DNA of 59,895 nucleotides. Origin: a virus. Lineage: Duplodnaviria > Caudoviricetes. The stretch lies in IMG/VR virus record IMGVR_UViG_3300044799_000410, positions 1-59,895 of that record. One strand, given 5' to 3'. Made by a program: the position numbers and the translations under genes. Below the pieces are notes generated by a model. The model made no database searches. It worked only from the letters and a program-made list of their open reading frames with translations, and was not told where the DNA came from. Positions 18,718 to 27,881 of the stretch are shown piece after piece. The number at the start of each line of letters is the position of its first letter. Within the stretch, counting starts at the first letter, position 1.

Positions 18718-18738
18718 AAAAACCGCCTTTCGGCAGTT
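18716..18738 (-). terminator. Rho-independent terminator after the tRNA
   Basis: Minus strand AACTGCC GAAA GGCGGTT followed by a T run. Confidence 0.8.
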
Positions 18739-18825
18739 ATTTCTATTGGTCTACTGGCCCCGAGGTTCTATGCAGTTTTACCCTATGAGCCTCGGCAACA
18801 GTCTCTTCGATTCTTTGGTTCAGAG

Positions 18826-18898
18826 TTGCGGGGATGAGATTCGAACTCACACCCTCCTGGTTATGAGCCAAGCGAGCGGCCATTCGCTCTGCCCCGCG
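18826..18898 (-). tRNA. tRNA-Met(CAT), initiator (fMet) type, CCA not encoded
   Basis: Cloverleaf CGCGGGG/CCCCGCA with C1:A72 mismatch, D stem GAGC/GCTC, anticodon loop CTCATAA, T loop TTCGAAT. Confidence 0.9.
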
Positions 18899-18904
18899 CA
18901 GAGG

Positions 18905-18913
18905 ATTATAACA
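18905..18913 (-). promoter_or_regulatory. Extended -10 promoter of the tRNA
   Basis: TGTTATAAT ending 6 nt before tRNA position 1. Confidence 0.65.
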
Positions 18914-18950
18914 TGATCTTATTAGGAAAATTGGGAAATTCCTAAAATTC

Positions 18951-19274
18951 CTAATCACGGGTAGTCTGGTAAACCGCGTTGAGTAGAGTGCGGGTCAAAT
19001 GGCTGGGATGATCTGTAGCCTCTAAACGGCCCATCAATGTAATATCCGCATGTTCGGAGGCTTCCAGGGCTTTCTGTACGGCATCCAGCAATATCGGAGC
19101 GGCTTTGATCAGACGAGCATTGGCCGTCAGTTCCTCTATGGTCGGCTCATTATTCTCGTCATATAAATTTTCTGCGATTGCACAGATCACATCATTGCGC
19201 TGTGCAGTGATAGAGATTTTGCCCGAATGCGCCTGGTCTACTTTCCACGGGCCGGGTGTATGCTTCGTTTCCAC
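18951..19274 (-). CDS. Hypothetical phage protein (HTPGPW...ANARLIAAAP family)
   Basis: HTPGPW and ANARLIKAAP; SD AGGAG. Confidence 0.8.
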   Translation of the reverse strand: METKHTPGPWKVDQAHSGKISITAQRNDVICAIAENLYDENNEPTIEELTANARLIKAAPILLDAVQKALEASEHADITLMGRLEATDHPSHLTRTLLNAVYQTTRD

Positions 19275-19341
19275 AATAATCTCCTATCGATGGTCTTACC
19301 GCCTACCAGCAGGGCAAAAAGGCGCGCTGAATCGGATGGAT

Positions 19342-19704
19342 TTACAATTTGACTTTACGGCGGTAGCGTTGGGTGTCCTGCCGAAAGAGTTCCTGAGCCC
19401 GTTTATCAGACTGGTTTGTTTGATCCTTCCAGGAACGTACCATTCCCGCTTCCAGATCGGCCCTGGTTGGGACATGCAGACTGTCCAGGATAGTACCAAA
19501 GTTACGGCGGCGGGTCGCGTCCTCGCGGGTGAACGTCATCAACTTGATTGCCAATTCAGCAATCAGACTACGCAGTTCTGCCTCATCCCATTCTTCGGGG
19601 AATTCCTCGTGGGCGATACCGTAGGAAATGGCATTGGATATCGCGCGACATAGGAAGGTCACCAGGAGGATTTTTTTGCCTTTTTCGTTGATTTTGTTTG
19701 TCAT
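19342..19704 (-). CDS. Hypothetical protein
   Basis: SD AAGGAG; operon context. Confidence 0.65.
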   Translation of the reverse strand: MTNKINEKGKKILLVTFLCRAISNAISYGIAHEEFPEEWDEAELRSLIAELAIKLMTFTREDATRRRNFGTILDSLHVPTRADLEAGMVRSWKDQTNQSDKRAQELFRQDTQRYRRKVKL

Positions 19705-19716
19705 TGGTAACTCCTT

Positions 19717-19974
19717 TCACAAGTCAAACTCTGTCTCGAATGGGCCATAGGGTAACCTGGCAATAACGCGCCACTTGAAGTCCTGATACCCATCTGCCTT
19801 TCCGGTTAGTTCCAATATGATCGCCAGGGCGAGTTGCGCTGGACCTGAACCACCATATCCCCAATTGAAACCATCCGGGGAATGGTTGCGAAGTTTTTGG
19901 CTTGGGCCGGGACTGAGGCGATTCCCGTCTAGCCATACGTTGCGGCTTTCGTCGCCTTTTAGGGTATGTTTCAT
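19717..19974 (-). CDS. DUF6166-like protein
   Basis: NHSPDGFNWGYGGSGPAQLALAIL signature. Confidence 0.8.
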   Translation of the reverse strand: MKHTLKGDESRNVWLDGNRLSPGPSQKLRNHSPDGFNWGYGGSGPAQLALAIILELTGKADGYQDFKWRVIARLPYGPFETEFDL

Positions 19975-20067
19975 TGAGATTCCTTTCCGTGGGCGGGAAT
20001 TTAACCCACCCACTAAATATTCAGATGCACACTTTCCCGGTAAGTGTGAAAGTGTGAAGTTGATTTC

Positions 20068-20334
20068 TTACTTTTTCTTACCGCTCGTGTCATCTTTGCC
20101 GCCAGATTGCTTTGTGTCACCCAATTCCTCCGGGCAGAGGTCAAAGATTTTCTTTCTCTGTTCATCAGATAATGGGGGATTTTGAGGGCCGACGATGATT
20201 TCTTCAAGGGCATCTGGCTTCGTTTGAGGTGTGGCCACCTCCGAGGAGGATACTTCGCCTATGGAGCCTCCACAAAAGCTACAGACGGTTTTCTCCTCCC
20301 CAAATTGTCCACAGAATGGGCATTTGATCGTCAT
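20068..20334 (-). CDS. Double Zn-ribbon hypothetical protein
   Basis: CPFC and CSFC; SD GGAGG. Confidence 0.5.
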   Translation of the reverse strand: MTIKCPFCGQFGEEKTVCSFCGGSIGEVSSSEVATPQTKPDALEEIIVGPQNPPLSDEQRKKIFDLCPEELGDTKQSGGKDDTSGKKK

Positions 20335-20347
20335 GGAGCCTCCAGGG

Positions 20348-21433
20348 TCACCCACTGGCAAGTTGCATCAACTTGCCAGCTTTCGTCTCAAGATCAACGC
20401 GGATGTCAGTGTGGGGGATGCTGCGGGCGTAGGCAGTGATGCCATTGATGATGTCCCAAATGGAGCGGACTTTACCTTCCTGAGCAACGGCAGTCTGGAT
20501 AGAGGCCGCTGCATCAGATTTGGTGAAACCACGCTCGCGCAGCCACTCCTCCACCGTCTGGTCTTGCTTGTTGGGGATTTCGGTGATTTGGGCTTTCTTG
20601 ACCGCATCCACGATCTTGGCCGTGCTCTCGTTTGCGTACCGTTCGAGGTAACGGCGGCCCTCATAGCCAAACCGGTCGGGAGCCCCGCCCGTGTGCCGGA
20701 TACGCAGTTCACGCACGTCCGTCATGCCCCAAATGATCCGGTTATCGCAAACATAGCGGTACAGGAAGGTACACAGGCCGAATACCGCCGAGCCGACTTC
20801 CGAGTTCCACGTGATGAAACCACGGAAGAGGATTTCATTGCCGACTTCAATCGGATTGGCCGGGTCAACCAGGAAAATAAACACATCCCGGTCGGAGGCG
20901 TACAGGGTGGTCGCGCGCAGAGGATTAGTCGCGCTGTAGGAGGCGACGGGCACTTTCCAGCGGTCGTCCTGATTGACACGTTCGACCGCTTCGACCACCT
21001 GGGCGTCCCAAATGCGGCCATAGGAAGCGGAGGTGATTGCTCGCAGGGCCTCGTTTCCATTTGATTGCGCCAGCATCAGCGCGTCCTCGCGGACAGGGGC
21101 GTGCTCCAGCCCCCACTGGAGATTGATCGCCGCCAGTTCCGGGGGCAATTTGCGCAGATAGGAAGCGGGGGCGCCGGCGTAGGAGGACAATTGTCCGAAT
21201 GCCCAATTCGTCGGGACCAGGTTGACTGTTTCACCCCGGATCGGGTCATACGTTTGTACTGCCAGACCCTCATTGAAGTTCATGGGCAGGACACGCAGAT
21301 CGCTCACCCGAGGCGTGCCAGTCCAAGACTGTACCCTACGGGTAGCGACTGCTTCTTTCAGGGCAGAAAGGGTCAGAAACCGCTGGTCGTCGGGCCTTGC
21401 GGCCCATTGTTGGGATACAATTGAGGAATTCAT
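20348..21433 (-). CDS. DUF932 family protein
   Basis: QWAARPDDQRF, TNWAFGQL, LYASDRDVFIFL, NSEVG, CDNRIIWG, IRH. Confidence 0.85.
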   Translation of the reverse strand: MNSSIVSQQWAARPDDQRFLTLSALKEAVATRRVQSWTGTPRVSDLRVLPMNFNEGLAVQTYDPIRGETVNLVPTNWAFGQLSSYAGAPASYLRKLPPELAAINLQWGLEHAPVREDALMLAQSNGNEALRAITSASYGRIWDAQVVEAVERVNQDDRWKVPVASYSATNPLRATTLYASDRDVFIFLVDPANPIEVGNEILFRGFITWNSEVGSAVFGLCTFLYRYVCDNRIIWGMTDVRELRIRHTGGAPDRFGYEGRRYLERYANESTAKIVDAVKKAQITEIPNKQDQTVEEWLRERGFTKSDAAASIQTAVAQEGKVRSIWDIINGITAYARSIPHTDIRVDLETKAGKLMQLASG

Positions 21434-21798
21434 TGTCTTGCTTTCCCTCCCATACGAGGCCTGGGAGCGGCGCATAGTTCCTGCTCTGGCGTTTTGGGAA
21501 CGTCCGAAATAACCAGGTCAGGATATTCGGCTAATACTTCTGCGGGTACATTCTTGCCCTGTTGCAGGGCTTTGATGACCTCGGCCCGGTGGTCGACGTC
21601 CATCAGATCGGGCAGGTCTGCTATGTATTCGAGTACGCCATAGACATGACCGACTGGGCATCCAATTTCGCGCGCGATGGCCCGCCTCTCTTTTTCCTCG
21701 GCGGTTATGAGATTCCTGCATTTCTTTCGGAAGCGTTTTTCCTTCTCAAATTCTTTCCTGGTCATTTGCCAGGTTTTCTTCTTGCCATAGGGTGACAT
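21430..21798 (-). CDS. Hypothetical protein
   Basis: SD AAGGAG; C-terminal H...I..ALQQGK.VP.EVLAEYPDL motif. Confidence 0.7.
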   Translation of the reverse strand: MSPYGKKKTWQMTRKEFEKEKRFRKKCRNLITAEEKERRAIAREIGCPVGHVYGVLEYIADLPDLMDVDHRAEVIKALQQGKNVPAEVLAEYPDLVISDVPKTPEQELCAAPRPRMGGKARQ

Positions 21799-21822
21799 GG
21801 ACGACTCCTTTCGAGATCAGGA

Positions 21823-22098
21823 TCATAGTTCGATCTGCAAATAATGTCTGCTCCACGGACAGGAGACAGATTTTGCCCCGTAAGGGCCACGGACGGTCAA
21901 GATGCCGACCAGAGTTCGTCCCCCATTGACAGCCATTGTCGCAGTCAGATCACCGCTTATAGTGTAACCTATTGGCTTGCCTCCCCACGGTTTCAGCCAG
22001 GTTACACGGATATGTTCTTTCAAGTAAGGATTGTTCGGCCCAATTGTCCATAGGCCGCCTCCTCCATTTGTGATTGCGGCTTGCTTCATCGCTCCCAT
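21823..22098 (-). CDS. Hypothetical protein
   Basis: SD AAGGTG; operon context. Confidence 0.55.
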   Translation of the reverse strand: MGAMKQAAITNGGGGLWTIGPNNPYLKEHIRVTWLKPWGGKPIGYTISGDLTATMAVNGGRTLVGILTVRGPYGAKSVSCPWSRHYLQIEL

Positions 22099-22101
22099 AA
22101 G

Positions 22102-22317
22102 TCACCTTCCTTTTTTGGGAATGGTTCTGATAACCTGCGCGGTCGGGATGATGCCGCCAGATCGCGCTGGGCCGTCCTTCTTCCGGCGATTCCCGGTCAT
22201 TCCGGGCGGGTCAGGGAAGCGATACGTCTCGATGATCTCCAGGGTCTCTCCTTGATCATGGACGGCACGTGAGACAAGTTCGCCTCTTCCATAGATTGGA
22301 TGGATATAAGTTTTCAT
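22102..22317 (-). CDS. Hypothetical protein
   Basis: Strong SD AAGGAGGT. Confidence 0.6.
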   Translation of the reverse strand: MKTYIHPIYGRGELVSRAVHDQGETLEIIETYRFPDPPGMTGNRRKKDGPARSGGIIPTAQVIRTIPKKGR

Positions 22318-22478
22318 GCGTTATTTACCTCCTTTACGCGCTGGAACGGCTCGCGAGCCGTCCCAGAAACGCGCTGATTCATGCTGGAAATCATAGCCTC
22401 AGCCCTCTCAAGGATGGCCGCTTTGCCTGGATCCTCGCCAAACAAGTAATTGGTTCGCGTCTGTAACCGTCTTACCAC
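22314..22478 (-). CDS. Possible 54-aa protein (not in ORF track)
   Basis: GTG start, MVRRLQTRTNYLFGEDPGK...EVNNA; stop overlaps next ATG (ATGA). Confidence 0.3.
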   Translation of the reverse strand: MVRRLQTRTNYLFGEDPGKAAILERAEAMISSMNQRVSGTAREPFQRVKEVNNA

Positions 22479-22494
22479 CTAGCCAGGATTGAAT

Positions 22495-22668
22495 CTATGG
22501 CAAGGCATGTTCAGGAGGGTTTGCTTCAAATGTCCGCCCGCAATTTGAGCAGGTCACCATATCCAGGGCTTCGATCTCCTTATTGAGCAGTTCGCAATGT
22601 GGGCATATCCATTCGTAGCCGGAAGCGACCAGGTCGACAAGTTCATTCTGTGCTGTTTTGCTGTTCAT
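22495..22668 (-). CDS. 57-aa Zn-ribbon protein (not in ORF track)
   Basis: MNSKTAQNELVDLVASGYEWICPHC...CSNCGRTFEANPPEHALP; SD GGAG. Confidence 0.75.
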   Translation of the reverse strand: MNSKTAQNELVDLVASGYEWICPHCELLNKEIEALDMVTCSNCGRTFEANPPEHALP

Positions 22669-22717
22669 GAAGTATTCTCCATTTTCTCTGCGTAACCATG
22701 CGCGTTATAATGTGGTT

Positions 22718-23302
22718 ATGGATATGAAAAAATGTTCTAAATGTGGTAATGTTTTGCCATTGACCTCCTTTTATAAAGCCAAAGAAATGAAGTCAGGTTA
22801 TCGTAGTAATTGCAAAAAATGTGATCTTGTCTACAACAGGACAAGACCAGTTCGTATTAAAACAGAACCTCAGCGACTTCGGAAAAATAAATATATGAGA
22901 TTGCATCTTGCCGAAAAGCGAGCTAATGATTCCAATTATCTTGAAAATAAAAGGGCGCGTGATCGGCAATATAGAATGACAGATAAAGGAAAGGCTTCTA
23001 GTATTCGTTCTAAAGCTAATCGAAGAAAGCATATAGGGCATCATATTCTTTCTGGTGGGGATTGGAACATTATTCTTAGAATCTTTGGCAATATGTGCGT
23101 ATATTGTGGAAGTGGCGAAGAAATTACTGCCGACCATTTCATTCCCATTTCTAAAGGCGGTCAAACCACATTGGATAATATTGTTCCGGCTTGTCATTCG
23201 TGTAATTCTAGTAAACAAGATAAAAATCCAAAAGAATGGTGTGATAATTATGACAGCATTTCCGGGTTACTTGATACCATGCGCAGCCCGGCTAAAAGCT
23301 AA
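22718..23302 (+). CDS. HNH homing endonuclease, antisense to the surrounding operon
   Basis: CSKC/CKKC N-terminus; CVYCG..DHFIPISKGG...NIVPACHSCNSSK; TATAAT 6 nt before ATG; AT-rich. Confidence 0.9.
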   Translation: MDMKKCSKCGNVLPLTSFYKAKEMKSGYRSNCKKCDLVYNRTRPVRIKTEPQRLRKNKYMRLHLAEKRANDSNYLENKRARDRQYRMTDKGKASSIRSKANRRKHIGHHILSGGDWNIILRIFGNMCVYCGSGEEITADHFIPISKGGQTTLDNIVPACHSCNSSKQDKNPKEWCDNYDSISGLLDTMRSPAKS

Positions 23303-24318
23303 TTTTGCTGGGCAATCAATGCTTCGCGGCATATCCCATCGGTCAGGTAGACGTATGATTTCCCCGCGCCGACGAGTATCCATGTTTTGTCCGTTGGCTT
23401 GTCTATTGCTTCCTCCAGATATTTTGGATTGAGAATTACATCAACGTCTGCCCCGGAGTGATAATAACCAGAGATAATCTTGCCGGTGGACATGGTTTCA
23501 TCATCACTATATTGTGATACTTCAAAGGCATATTCAATGTTGCCATTGAAAGACAGATGCAGGGAGGATTTCATCTTCTTTGCACGGTTACAGACCTTCA
23601 AGAGATCACGTAAAGCAGCCGCGCTGAGGTGGACGATTGTATTCTGTGCCCGCCGTGCTGAGGCGAGCAGGGTTTCAACCTGCTCCCGCCGCGGATACTC
23701 GCGCTGTTCCAAATCACGCCGGTAATGAATACGGTAGCCATCGGTGGCGATATTTCCTCCGACTTTCCCGAAGTCAGGCCGCACTGGGTCTTTGGATACG
23801 GCGCGCTGTAGCCAGGGATCAGGAATATATCGCGGCTCGACTGGTTCGGCCTGCCAGGCGGCGACTGTCTGTACATGAGCCACGCGTGGCACATGAGCCG
23901 CGCGCGCCACATCTTCAACCGGTTTGGCGCGTAGGAAGGCTTTCCAGGAGTCATGCGTGGTACAGGATGTGCCAGGTGCAGATTCCCACAGATAATATCC
24001 GGTGCAGATGATTGCTCTGCCCATGATCGCGCTGTTGGAATTATTCTGATATAGGGTATTCTTGCTGGGGGTGAGAATGAAAGAGGATTCCCCGCCATGA
24101 GCCGCGCGCGGCACCCGCAGACGAAGCAGGTCGATGAAAGTAGCCGCATGGACGGCAGAAATCCCGCCGTCGAAGCTGATACGGTCGGCCGGCTTTTCCT
24201 TGTCCGCCTTGAGCGCTTTATTGAGTGTCCCAATGGCGGCCAACATGGAGAGAGGTAGAAACTCAATTGCGCCTCCCTCACGCGGTCGGTATCCGGTGCT
24301 AAATGGAATGATGGTCAT
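23299..24318 (-). CDS. Protein with DNA polymerase III beta-clamp-like C-terminal domains
   Basis: ATDGYRIH and ILNPKYLEEA motifs typical of clamp domains; SD AAGGAAGG. Confidence 0.55.
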   Translation of the reverse strand: MTIIPFSTGYRPREGGAIEFLPLSMLAAIGTLNKALKADKEKPADRISFDGGISAVHAATFIDLLRLRVPRAAHGGESSFILTPSKNTLYQNNSNSAIMGRAIICTGYYLWESAPGTSCTTHDSWKAFLRAKPVEDVARAAHVPRVAHVQTVAAWQAEPVEPRYIPDPWLQRAVSKDPVRPDFGKVGGNIATDGYRIHYRRDLEQREYPRREQVETLLASARRAQNTIVHLSAAALRDLLKVCNRAKKMKSSLHLSFNGNIEYAFEVSQYSDDETMSTGKIISGYYHSGADVDVILNPKYLEEAIDKPTDKTWILVGAGKSYVYLTDGICREALIAQQN

Positions 24319-24459
24319 ACTATTCCTTCCTTTCTTGGAATTTTGAATCCCGAAGGACATCGGGACGATGAAACGGGGGATATATCGGTCTCTGCCGATT
24401 GTCACGCCTGGGGCAAAGGGGCGGCGTTCCTGGCCTTCAATTGTCGCGCTAGACAAGCG

Positions 24460-24768
24460 TCAAGCGTCTTTTACTTCGATACCGGGGAATGCCAGCTCGA
24501 ACGATACGGCGTCCACATCGTCGAGCTTTTCGTACAGTTCGATGGCCTCATCGCGGGAGAGGGATATAAGGGTATCGCGTTCCCCTTGCCATTGAGTCAA
24601 ATTGACCTCGAAGTATGCGCCGCCAGGCGTGCGATAGAGAAACGTATTACGCCCGGATCGCTCGAAGTTGTGACCGTCCCAGTACGCATTATCTGCGATT
24701 AGGGTAGCGGTTTTGACGGAGTAACGCTTCCTGTCGATGATTCTGACAAAATCTGATGGTGCTTTCAT
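24460..24768 (-). CDS. Hypothetical phage protein
   Basis: RIIDRKRYSVKTATLIA...LYRTPGGAYF motif; SD GAAAGG. Confidence 0.75.
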   Translation of the reverse strand: MKAPSDFVRIIDRKRYSVKTATLIADNAYWDGHNFERSGRNTFLYRTPGGAYFEVNLTQWQGERDTLISLSRDEAIELYEKLDDVDAVSFELAFPGIEVKDA

Positions 24769-24892
24769 GATGATAGTACCTTTCTGCTGGACTATGCCAA
24801 CGGCGAGAAGGCCCGGACTATGCCGGGGGGTGGAACTTGTGCCGCCCATTCTGCCCCCGTGCCACACAAGGGCACGGGGGCAGGCGGGGAAG

Positions 24893-25177
24893 TCAAATAT
24901 TGAGCCACCAGGGAACGTCATTATATCCCTCGTAAAGGTTGACCGGGTCCTCCAGGGGATCGCCCGGTTGCTTATCCTGTGGGACCTCCGGTAATTCTTC
25001 CCGTGAGCCGCGCGCGGCACCTGTCAGAATGGGAAGGGGCGCAACGGGTACACCTTGAGAGACTGCCAGCCTACGGCGGCGTTCTACTTTTGCCGCGTAG
25101 CGACTGCTCCCGGTCGGTATGCCGTCCGGGTTCTTGCCTTGCTTCTGTTCACGTGTGGGGCGTGGTTTCCGTGGCAT
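24893..25177 (-). CDS. Hypothetical basic protein
   Basis: SD GAAGGT; directly after upstream stop. Confidence 0.5.
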   Translation of the reverse strand: MPRKPRPTREQKQGKNPDGIPTGSSRYAAKVERRRRLAVSQGVPVAPLPILTGAARGSREELPEVPQDKQPGDPLEDPVNLYEGYNDVPWWLNI

Positions 25178-25180
25178 TGG

Positions 25181-25888
25181 TTACCTTCCTTCTACAAGGC
25201 GATTGTAAACGGCGCAGGCTTCAATATACTCTTGCGCAGCCTGCTCCGCGGCCGCCTCGGACTCGTCATCGTTCTTTGACTTTTCCAGGGCGTAGACTTC
25301 GGACTCGACATAGGGCAGGATTGCACCAAGTTTTTCCAGCAATTCCGGCGCGGCGGCGATCAGGCGGGCATTTGCGGCGAGTTCTTCAAGGGTAGGTTCG
25401 TTTTCCTCATCATACATCCCCGTCACGACGTTGCAGGGTTCGCCATTGCGTTGCGCTGTAATGTGAGTATCGCCGAATAAATCGTCAACATCCCACGGGC
25501 CGGGGGTGTGGGTGGGGACTTTCGAGGTATACACACACTTGACCGGCTGCCCGTCGATCACGTCCAGGGGATTCGCATCACAGCGAATCCAATACGCCCC
25601 GCTGCGTGAGGCGCGCGCGCCACCTTGTTCTAGCAGGGCGTAGACGCGACCGGGGAGACCAGTCAAACTCCGGGTGTGCATTTCGTCGGCTGTGTCCCTG
25701 TAGTGCTTTGCGCTGATGCGTGCCTGCTCGATTTCATCGGCGGTCGCATAGTGTGCCGCCGCGAGCTCATACCCGCCAACGACTCCCATCGATTCATCCC
25801 CATTGAAGTACGCCAACATTGCCATTGTGAGATTATTCAGGGCGGTGTTCTTGTCTGTGGCTTGTTCGTCGAATTCGGTTTGTGTCAT
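25181..25888 (-). CDS. Hypothetical protein with C-terminal HTPGPW...ANARLIAAAP domain
   Basis: Clear paralogue of 18951-19274. Confidence 0.8.
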   Translation of the reverse strand: MTQTEFDEQATDKNTALNNLTMAMLAYFNGDESMGVVGGYELAAAHYATADEIEQARISAKHYRDTADEMHTRSLTGLPGRVYALLEQGGARASRSGAYWIRCDANPLDVIDGQPVKCVYTSKVPTHTPGPWDVDDLFGDTHITAQRNGEPCNVVTGMYDEENEPTLEELAANARLIAAAPELLEKLGAILPYVESEVYALEKSKNDDESEAAAEQAAQEYIEACAVYNRLVEGR

Positions 25889-26097
25889 GGGTTTACCTTT
25901 CGAATCATCAGGTTATAGAATTCTGGACATGAAAGGGGCACTATCCCTTTCGTTTTACAATCTTTGAGGTACGGCCAATAATCCTCGACCAGGAAGGCTG
26001 TAGCCGGCCAAAAACCGCTACCCGTTGAAAGTAGCAGGGGTTGCTGTGTGCCTCGTGGGTGTCTCTTTGACCATTTCACGTGTTGATCGTAGGACAT
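25885..26097 (-). CDS. Hypothetical protein
   Basis: ATGA coupling to downstream gene. Confidence 0.6.
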   Translation of the reverse strand: MSYDQHVKWSKRHPRGTQQPLLLSTGSGFWPATAFLVEDYWPYLKDCKTKGIVPLSCPEFYNLMIRKVNP

Positions 26098-26429
26098 GAT
26101 GCCGCTTTCAGAATGTCACGCGCTGCGCTGATTTTCGGCGCTGCCTCCAGATAGTAAGCGGGGAGGCCGCGCGAGTTTAGTATTGAGGCCATAGCCTCGG
26201 CGTGGGTCGTCATTGCCTCCAGGGTCTCGACCAGGGCGGCGTGAGTGTTACAGGCACGAGTCATAAACTCCGCTGTCTCTCTGGTTTCCTTTCCGGTCAA
26301 ATGGTCTACCTCTCCGAGGGTTGCGACGTGACAATTACGCGCGTCTCGGATGTTGGCGGTAGTCCAGTCAGCGTATCCGTGGTAATTTTCCTGCATTGGT
26401 TGAATAGTATATGGGGTAGGACTGTGCAT
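26076..26429 (-). CDS. Hypothetical protein, distant HTPGPW-family member
   Basis: HSPTPY...AEFMTRACNTHAALVETL; SD AAGGAG. Confidence 0.7.
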   Translation of the reverse strand: MHSPTPYTIQPMQENYHGYADWTTANIRDARNCHVATLGEVDHLTGKETRETAEFMTRACNTHAALVETLEAMTTHAEAMASILNSRGLPAYYLEAAPKISAARDILKAASCPTINT

Positions 26430-26565
26430 AATTGACTCCTTCGTGTTACTCCACGATGGTTACCGTGGAGCGGATGAGCCCGGAAATGTGCCGCGCGCGG
26501 CTCCTGACCGGGACTAACATACTGGCGAAGAGGGCCGCCCATTCGATCACGATATAATATCGTTT

Positions 26566-27048
26566 TCATTGTGGCACATCCCCGGTCAAATACTTCTCAA
26601 GGACAAGAACGCTGTTATGGATGTGATTGTCTCGCGTGGCGTCCTCTTCACACGCCTCATAATCTTTTTCTTCATCGGCTCGCAGATAGGCAACCACGGC
26701 CTCCAGGGAGATTTCTTCTCGCGGAGTCGGAGGCGGGCGAAGGCCCGGCATGATTGCTTTGACTTGAGCAAGGAAGAAGTCGACCAATCCTTGCTTGTCA
26801 AGCCACCACTGGATAAACCCTTCGTTATTCACAACGGCCACCCGCTGAATTTGCTCATGATATAGCAAGTCAGCAGCCCAGTCTTTCGCGGCCTCGTGAA
26901 ATTCGGTCATCCCCTCGTTTTTCCAGCCCGTACCGTCATCATATACGACGCGGTATCGAAGGGGCGGTTCGGGGGGCAAGCATCCGATTTCTTTTACATT
27001 ATCGAAGGGCAATTCTGGTTTGCACGTTGGGGGATATGCTGTACTCAT
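26566..27048 (-). CDS. Hypothetical protein
   Basis: SD AGGAGG; operon context. Confidence 0.65.
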   Translation of the reverse strand: MSTAYPPTCKPELPFDNVKEIGCLPPEPPLRYRVVYDDGTGWKNEGMTEFHEAAKDWAADLLYHEQIQRVAVVNNEGFIQWWLDKQGLVDFFLAQVKAIMPGLRPPPTPREEISLEAVVAYLRADEEKDYEACEEDATRDNHIHNSVLVLEKYLTGDVPQ

Positions 27049-27050
27049 GG

Positions 27051-27833
27051 TCAAAAGCCTCCTGATAATTCCGGGGATAGACTCCCGGCTTCTTGGGGGA
27101 ATATCAGATTCAATACTTGGTCGATGTGGTGTCCCGCTTTCATGATGGACTTGAGAGGGTCATCTGAAAACATCTTAAGATATTGCCACGTTGTGCCCGT
27201 ATAGTCGTAACCGTAAAGAGTCGCTAATACACAAGCGGTAAATTCGGCGACAGTCTCTTTATATGAGGTCGACCGGGTTTTATAGTCCGGGTCTGTTTTC
27301 TCGTGCGCAGCGTGTGCGAGTTCGTGCCAGAATACCCGCGGGTCATCTGTACCCAGGTTTAGCTTATCCTTGCCATAATCCCCCAGGCGGTCAGGTGCGA
27401 CGGGCTCGAAAGAGACGGATATACCCAGGCGGGCGGCTACATCATACAGGGGCGGGAGTTCTCGCGGCGTCATATCATCCGGGAGGGGTTCGCCCTCGGT
27501 CGTGTCAATGGGGAATACTGCGACCGGAAAGAATCCGATTAACTTGCTTTTCCCCTCGATGCTTTTGTCATCCTTGACCATACGAGGGGCCCATATAAAG
27601 ATTCCATGTGTCCCGGTTTTGACTTGTCGTTTTACTTCCTGCCAGGCATGAAATCCGCGAGCGTTCAGCGTGCGAGCCTGGACATAGGCGAGCATTTTAT
27701 TGCCCATCGACCAAGAGGCGGAAGGCCATGAGGCCGGAATCTGGAAGGCGATTATCTTGACAAGTTCGGACAATTCGCCAGTCTCAAATTTACGGACAAC
27801 CTCCTGCATTGCCCTGTCTGCTTTTGGAGTCAT
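27051..27833 (-). CDS. ardC: ArdC-like antirestriction protein (ssDNA-binding plus zincin domain)
   Basis: WSMGN...RGFHAW...RQVK.G..I..P...VF...TEG N-domain; HELAH and ETVAE metalloprotease motifs; SD AGGAGG. Confidence 0.75.
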   Translation of the reverse strand: MTPKADRAMQEVVRKFETGELSELVKIIAFQIPASWPSASWSMGNKMLAYVQARTLNARGFHAWQEVKRQVKTGTHGIFIWAPRMVKDDKSIEGKSKLIGFFPVAVFPIDTTEGEPLPDDMTPRELPPLYDVAARLGISVSFEPVAPDRLGDYGKDKLNLGTDDPRVFWHELAHAAHEKTDPDYKTRSTSYKETVAEFTACVLATLYGYDYTGTTWQYLKMFSDDPLKSIMKAGHHIDQVLNLIFPQEAGSLSPELSGGF

Positions 27834-27881
27834 CGTTTGCTACCTCCTGAATGATTCCGGGGGTGGATTCCCGGCTTGCGG

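Noticed and set aside
20231-21064. 277-aa plus-strand ORF
   Set aside because: Antisense shadow of the GC-rich DUF932 gene
24320-24450. Hairpin-rich spacer considered as a ribozyme or riboswitch
   Set aside because: Hairpins are present but no hammerhead core or recognisable aptamer consensus was found
26306-26569. 87-aa minus-strand ORF
   Set aside because: Overlaps 26076-26429 by 124 nt, and that gene has the stronger SD; coding status unresolved
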